Positions 59,451-64,000 of a DNA stretch of 64,000 nucleotides are shown here, piece after piece. A model generated the notes under the pieces. That model saw nothing but the letters and a program-made list of their open reading frames with translations, searched no databases and was not told the DNA's origin. Where the stretch lies: contig JAAYXB010000075.1 in NCBI GenBank assembly GCA_012516125.1, positions 5,829-69,828 of the forward strand. The letters are read 5' to 3'. This stretch comes from Bacillota bacterium (GTDB taxonomy: Bacteria > Bacillota > SHA-98 > UBA4971). Made by a program: the position numbers and the translations under genes. How positions within the stretch are numbered: position 1 is the first letter of the stretch; each line of letters starts with the position of its first letter.

Positions 59451-60011
59451 TTACTGTGGCCGGCACGTGGCGCTCCGTTCTGTCGGGCCCTCGCCGCTCT
59501 CAAGGAGGAGCATGCCTCGCCTGGCAAGGCAGCCGAGGACGGCCCTCTCCAGTTTTCTAATGACGCGGGTCGTCACGAATTCCCTGCGAGATGTGGGGAT
59601 CACGAGGATGGTGTACATGCCTGCGAGGTTTCCGCCGAGGACGTCGGTGAAGATCTGGTCCCCTATCACAGCAGTCTCCCCGGGAGAGGTGCCAAGCAGC
59701 GCGAGTGCAGCGCGAAACGCGGACCGCATCGGCTTGAGCCCTCTCGCAGCCGGGATCCCGAGGGTGCCAGAGATGGCCTCTATGCGCCTCCTGAGGTTGT
59801 TGGAGAGCACGCAAAGCCGGATGCCTCGCGCCTTCGCGTCGTCGAAGAACGCCAGCACCTCGGCGGGGATGTCAGAGCTTCCCCAGTCGACGAACGTGTT
59901 ATCCATGTCGAGCACGATGCCCTTTATGCCGCGCGCGGTAAGCCGTGAGAGGTCGACCTGGCAGATGGACGGCACATAAAGGTCAGGGCACAACATGGAC
60001 AGCAAGCCCAT
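59451..60011 (-). CDS. yqeG: YqeG-family HAD phosphatase
   Basis: DMDNT HAD motif I; aligns with B. subtilis YqeG (GVKGIITDLDNTLVEW...VIGDQLLTDVLGGN). Confidence 0.8.
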   Translation of the reverse strand: MGLLSMLCPDLYVPSICQVDLSRLTARGIKGIVLDMDNTFVDWGSSDIPAEVLAFFDDAKARGIRLCVLSNNLRRRIEAISGTLGIPAARGLKPMRSAFRAALALLGTSPGETAVIGDQIFTDVLGGNLAGMYTILVIPTSRREFVTTRVIRKLERAVLGCLARRGMLLLESGEGPTERSATCRPQ

Positions 60012-60042
60012 CCCTCCCGCCAGCAGAGGTGTCTACGCAGGT

Positions 60043-60075
60043 ATTATACCATGTACACCGGATTTCAGCGAGGCC
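60043..60075 (-). promoter_or_regulatory. Candidate promoter with extended -10 (TGGTATAAT) upstream of yqeG
   Basis: Minus strand GCTGAAATCCGGTGTACATGGTATAATACC, about 30 nt before the start. Confidence 0.4.
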
Positions 60076-60244
60076 CGGTCCCCGAGCCTCCGGCTGCTCC
60101 GATCGTTCCAGCCGCTCCGGTCGTCGGGTGCCCCGACCTGCCTCGGTCGCGCGGCGCCCCGGCACGCCCCCATGCGTGATACCGGCATGCGCCCCGCGTG
60201 GGGACAGGCCGGGCCTTGCGAGGTCCAGATTCGTAGCTACCCTT

Positions 60245-60949
60245 TCAATTGTAGCCTTCGGCAATCATCTCCTTCTGCAGCTTCAGGAGCGCCCGCTTCT
60301 CGATGCGCGAGACATAAGAGCGCGAGATGCCGAGATGCTTGGAGATCTCGCGCTGGGTCCTGCGAAGCCCGTCGCCGAGCCCGTAGCGCATCTCGATGAC
60401 CTTCTTCTCCCGCCTCGTTAGTTCCTGGACCTTCTCCGCGAGCTTTCCCTCCTCCACAGCGCCCTCGACGACCAGGGTCACCTCGTCAGGCTCGCTGCCC
60501 AGCACGTCGATGAGGGTGATCTCGTTGCCCTCCTTGTCCGCGCCGATGGGGTCGTACAGGAGGACCTCGCCCTTGCTCTTCCGCGTCGCGCGAAGATGCA
60601 TCAGAATCTCGTTCTCGATGCACCGCGCAGCGTATGTGGCGAGCCTCGTCCGCTTCCTTTGGTTGAACGTGTCTATGGCCTTTATGAGGCCGATGGTGCC
60701 AATGGATATGAGGTCGTCCTGGTCCTCGCCGGTGCCCTCGAACTTCTTCACGATGTGCGCCACGAGCCTGAGGTTGCGCTCGATCAGGATGTTCCTGGCC
60801 TCCTCGTCGCCTTTCTCCTTCCGCGCGAGGATCTCGGCTTCCTCCTTCTCCGAAAGGGGAGGCGGGAACACATTGCCGCTGGATATGTAGGACGCAAGGA
60901 GCCACAACCCCCGCAGAACCAATGCCGAGCCTATCAGGAGATCGAGCAC
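60245..60949 (-). CDS. sigK: RNA polymerase sporulation sigma factor sigma-K (pro-sigma-K, uninterrupted)
   Basis: GTG start with GGGGGTGG RBS; hydrophobic pro-sequence (LDLLIGSALVLRGLWLLASYISSGNVFPPPLSEKEE), LRLVAHIVKKFEGTGEDQDDLISIGTIGLIKA, ATYAARCIENEILMHLRA, DPIGADKEGNEITLIDVL. Confidence 0.85.
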   Translation of the reverse strand: MLDLLIGSALVLRGLWLLASYISSGNVFPPPLSEKEEAEILARKEKGDEEARNILIERNLRLVAHIVKKFEGTGEDQDDLISIGTIGLIKAIDTFNQRKRTRLATYAARCIENEILMHLRATRKSKGEVLLYDPIGADKEGNEITLIDVLGSEPDEVTLVVEGAVEEGKLAEKVQELTRREKKVIEMRYGLGDGLRRTQREISKHLGISRSYVSRIEKRALLKLQKEMIAEGYN

Positions 60950-61251
60950 GTGCCTGCCACCCCCTGCAAAAGATTCACTAGTATAGATATGAGTTGAGCT
61001 TGCGAAAGTGCCTGTCCACCTTGGCGGTATTCTCAGGAATAGCAGGCCATACACGCGAGCTGGCCACCTTCCGGCAGCACGCGCGACCCAGGGTCCGGCA
61101 AGGCGCGGCGGGGCGGCGCAGCCGCGGGCCATGACTTATCCGAAGCATCGCCTCCCGAGGAGGATGTGCCCGGCCGGTCGCGAATTGATCACTGGCATCA
61201 GCCTGGCAAGGAAACTTCGCGCCTGGGCGGCGGCAGGGAGGTAAGACGTCA

Positions 61252-62199
61252 GTGGAGCCGATCCAACGCTACCGAGGTTGTCTCCTGGGCCTTGCAGTGG
61301 GGGATGCGCTGGGGGCGCCCCTGGAGTTCCATCCCCCCGGCTCATTCGAGCCGATCGAGGACATGGTCGAGGGCCGCCGTTTCGGGCTTGCGGCGGGCCA
61401 GTGGACGGACGACACCGCGATGGCGCTGTGTCTTGCCGACAGCCTTATCACCTGCGAGGGTTTCGATCCGATAGACCAGCTCGAAAGGTACCTGCGGTGG
61501 TATCATGACGGCTATCTGAGCTGCACCGGTCACTGCTACGGCATAGGCATGACCGTGCAGGCCTCGCTCGCGCGGTTCGAGCGCGTGCGCGAGCCGTACT
61601 GCGGCTCGCAAGACCCCTACACCGCCGGAAACGGCTCCATCATGCGCCTCGCGCCCGTCCCCATGTTCTATGCTCAGAACCCGCGCGAGGCAATCGAGAG
61701 ATCCGGCGAGAGTTCGCGGACGACCCACCAGGCCGCTACGACCATTGACGCGTGCCGGTACTTTGGGGGCCTCATTGCAGGTGCGCTGCGCGGCGAGACG
61801 AAGGAGAATCTTCTCTCCGACCACTATTCTCCCGTTCCGGGGATTTGGGATGAGAAACCCCTCGCGCCTGAGATCGACGAGATCGCTGGAGGGTCGTTCA
61901 AGCGCCGCAACCCGCCTGAGATACGGGGCTCGGGATACGTCGTGGAGTCGCTGGAGGCAGCGCTCTGGGCCTTCTACCGCAGTGACTCCTTTAGAGACGG
62001 CTGCCTCATGGCGGTCAACCTCGGTGACGACGCCGACACGACCGGCGCCGTATACGGACAACTTGCGGGAGCGTTCTACGGCGAGAGGGGCATCCCGGAG
62101 ACGTGGCTTGCTAAACTAGCGTGGCGAGACACCATCGCCGAAATGGCGGAACGCCTCTTCGCACTCTCCGGGGCGGTCGGAGAGCCGTGTCAGCCATAG
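61252..62199 (+). CDS. ADP-ribosylglycohydrolase family protein (DraG/ARH-like)
   Basis: [43 protein letters not shown] metal-binding motifs. Confidence 0.85.
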   Translation: MEPIQRYRGCLLGLAVGDALGAPLEFHPPGSFEPIEDMVEGRRFGLAAGQWTDDTAMALCLADSLITCEGFDPIDQLERYLRWYHDGYLSCTGHCYGIGMTVQASLARFERVREPYCGSQDPYTAGNGSIMRLAPVPMFYAQNPREAIERSGESSRTTHQAATTIDACRYFGGLIAGALRGETKENLLSDHYSPVPGIWDEKPLAPEIDEIAGGSFKRRNPPEIRGSGYVVESLEAALWAFYRSDSFRDGCLMAVNLGDDADTTGAVYGQLAGAFYGERGIPETWLAKLAWRDTIAEMAERLFALSGAVGEPCQP

Positions 62200-62292
62200 G
62201 ACTATAGCGGGCGTGTAGCCAAAGCTAAGCTCGGGATGTTGTAGCCTGGCTGTCGTCCGACGGCGAGGGCCCAGGAGAGGCGGGGATGTTCC

Positions 62293-62320
62293 CTCGGGAG
62301 AACCCCGAGCTTCAGCTTTG
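62293..62320 (+). terminator. Putative terminator between convergent ARH and Uma2 genes
   Basis: CCCUCGGGAGAACCCCGAGC hairpin followed by UUCAGCUUUGG. Confidence 0.35.
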
Positions 62321-62347
62321 GGGAGGTTCAGGAGAACAAAGAGCGTT

Positions 62348-62944
62348 CTAGCGGAATACTCCATCTACCTGCAACTCAAAGCCGACAAGCGTAGGGCTCA
62401 CAAGAGTCGTACCTGGTGGGTACACCTGCACCGTGGCAAGCTCCTTGCCGTTATGCGCAGCTACCTCGATGCTGCGGCCCGCAGGATCTACCACCCAGAA
62501 CTCGCGCACGCCGTAAACGCCGTAAAGCCGACGCTTCACCACCCGATCCCACTCTACTGTGGAAGGTGAGAGGATCTCGACCACAAGGTCGGGGGCGCCC
62601 TGGATGCAGGCCTCCTTGATTATCCCAAGGCGCTCATGAGATACGTAAAGAATGTCGGGCTGGACCACGTTGTGCTCGCTCAGCACCACGTCGATGGGGG
62701 CATAATACACCTTGCCGAGGTCGTGGTCGTCAACCCACAATCGCAATGCCTTCTGGATCCTGCCGGAGACTTCCTGGTGAAAGACTGTCGGAGACGGCGT
62801 CATCTTCCTCAGTTCCCCCTCGACGAGCTCGTATCGCTCTGAAGACGGTATCCGGCAGTAGTCGTCGTACGTAAGGCGCAGGTGGGACGGTATGTATCGG
62901 GGCGCTGTTTCCTTCAGCACATCCGGGTCTTTCAATGAAGTCAC
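62348..62944 (-). CDS. Uma2-family (DUF820) restriction-endonuclease-like protein
   Basis: PD-(D/E)xK-like core ...PDLVVEILSPST...; typical Uma2 length (198 aa). Confidence 0.75.
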   Translation of the reverse strand: MTSLKDPDVLKETAPRYIPSHLRLTYDDYCRIPSSERYELVEGELRKMTPSPTVFHQEVSGRIQKALRLWVDDHDLGKVYYAPIDVVLSEHNVVQPDILYVSHERLGIIKEACIQGAPDLVVEILSPSTVEWDRVVKRRLYGVYGVREFWVVDPAGRSIEVAAHNGKELATVQVYPPGTTLVSPTLVGFELQVDGVFR

Positions 62945-63083
62945 CCCCTTGACTCGCCTCTACCCACCCCGAGCATCTTGCTGCATTCTCATTTTGCCAT
63001 GCCATGAATACCCAGTCAACACGAACTGACGTCTTGGAGTGCTTGCATAGCATGCAGGCATACAATACAATACCTAAAACGCC

Positions 63084-64000
63084 TCAGGGGTCTACCGCGC
63101 CAAGAGAGGCGCCTTTCCTGACGATGACTCGCGCTGCCATGCTGTTTCCCCACTCACCCCAGGCGCGGGGCGGCATGCCGTAGAGCAACGAAGCGAGAAA
63201 GCCGGCGTTGAAGGCGTCGCCCGCTCCCGTAGTGTCCACGGCTTCAACCCGGCGCGCGGGGCATTCAAGCCGCGCGGGCTGAAGGTCGGTCCGGCGGAGG
63301 CCACTTACGCTCGAAATGCGAGACGCGCCCGCTGCCGGCCCCAGCGCCACTATCGACCCGCGCTGCCCCAGTTTCAGCCCAAGACACGGCGTGCGTTGCA
63401 GGATGGACTCAATTCCGCATTCCATGTTTTCGCACCCTGAGAGAGTTCGCAGCTCGGAAGCGTTGGCGAGCACGACGTCGGCGACAGCAAGCATGCGCTC
63501 GACGATGCCACGTGCGAGCTGGCCTACGACCGGAGTAGGGTCGAACGCGACGATTCCGCCAGCCTTTCTCACCCTTTCGGCAGCATCCAGGTATAGCTCG
63601 GCCTGCTCAGCGTCTTGCAAACCGTACCCTGAGACCAGGATGAGCGGAGCGTGCTCCAGGGCCTCTTCGAGATCCGGCGTCATCTCCAGCGGGATAGATG
63701 CAGCGCCCCGGTACGAGAACATGGTCCGCTCCCCGCCGGAATCGACGAATGAGACCACATACCCCGTGGTGCCCCCCGACCGAACATGTGAAACACCCAC
63801 CCCCACGCTCTCAAGGTGGCGACGCAGGTAGCGCCCATCCTCGTCGTCGCCCACGGTGGTAACCAGGTGACAGGAGACCCCTAGAAGGGCCAGCCCTGTG
63901 CTGGTGTTAAGCCCCGCCCCTCCGGGATGTTTCCCGGACGAACGAATCACCGCGTCCCCGCCTACCGGCGGCATCAGCTCGATCTCACAGACATGATCGA
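63084..64000 (-). CDS. PfkB-family carbohydrate/ribokinase-like kinase; N-terminus beyond the window end
   Basis: GGAGLNTSTGLALLG (ribokinase GG motif) and TGAGDAFNAGF (PfkB signature 2). The frame stays open upstream of the annotated ATG to position 64000. Confidence 0.75.
   Translation of the reverse strand, partial: DHVCEIELMPPVGGDAVIRSSGKHPGGAGLNTSTGLALLGVSCHLVTTVGDDEDGRYLRRHLESVGVGVSHVRSGGTTGYVVSFVDSGGERTMFSYRGAASIPLEMTPDLEEALEHAPLILVSGYGLQDAEQAELYLDAAERVRKAGGIVAFDPTPVVGQLARGIVERMLAVADVVLANASELRTLSGCENMECGIESILQRTPCLGLKLGQRGSIVALGPAAGASRISSVSGLRRTDLQPARLECPARRVEAVDTTGAGDAFNAGFLASLLYGMPPRAWGEWGNSMAARVIVRKGASLGAVDP

Noticed and set aside
60950-61020. Possible sigma-E/K-type promoter (TCATATC ... 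TATACTAGT) upstream of sigK
   Set aside because: Match to the kmATATT / CATACA-T consensus is weak and spacing ambiguous; not reported as a feature.

Overview
High-GC (~62-68%) chromosomal segment from a spore-forming Firmicutes-like bacterium, with gene order close to the Bacillus ymxG..spoVF..dapA..rnj..tepA-ylzJ..ftsK region. Plus strand: a GNAT-like/thiolase-like/DUF35 operon next to a divergent PucR-type regulator, then an F1Fo ATP synthase operon atpE-F-H-A-G-D-C with no atpB or atpI anywhere in the window. atpC encodes only the 88-aa beta-sandwich domain. Minus strand: a tight five-gene cluster (PHP phosphoesterase, membrane-anchored ENPP-like phosphodiesterase, M20 peptidase, a low-GC P-loop + nucleoside-deoxyribosyltransferase-like fusion protein, TM-PAS-GAF-GGDEF diguanylate cyclase). 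This cluster is the most novel-looking system in the window. The rest of the minus strand carries housekeeping and sporulation genes: hbs (HU), rodZ, ftsK/spoIIIE, two Na/Pi cotransporters flanking uppP, ylzJ-tepA, an ABC transporter, rnj, dapA-lysC-asd-dpaB-dpaA-dapB, a Spo0E-like protein fused in frame to a YflT/GSP17M-like stress-protein domain, an M16 peptidase, a GH18 cortex hydrolase, two polysaccharide deacetylases, sleB-like, dinG-nfo, a GT4/GT2/SteB/SteA cluster, spo0A, spoIVB, rsmB, a Zn peptidase, fmt-def, priA, yqeG, and an uninterrupted sigK. A small lower-GC islet encodes an ADP-ribosylglycohydrolase and an Uma2 endonuclease. Non-coding features: a probable small SRP RNA, and at least five related GC-rich hairpin repeats (GGGTTGCCGGTGACTCA...GGCAACCC) in intergenic spacers, two of them inside unusually long atpG-atpD and atpD-atpC spacers. 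No rRNA, tRNA, CRISPR array or transposase was seen. Start codons are frequently GTG or TTG; coordinates of internal starts are my reading and may be off by a few codons.
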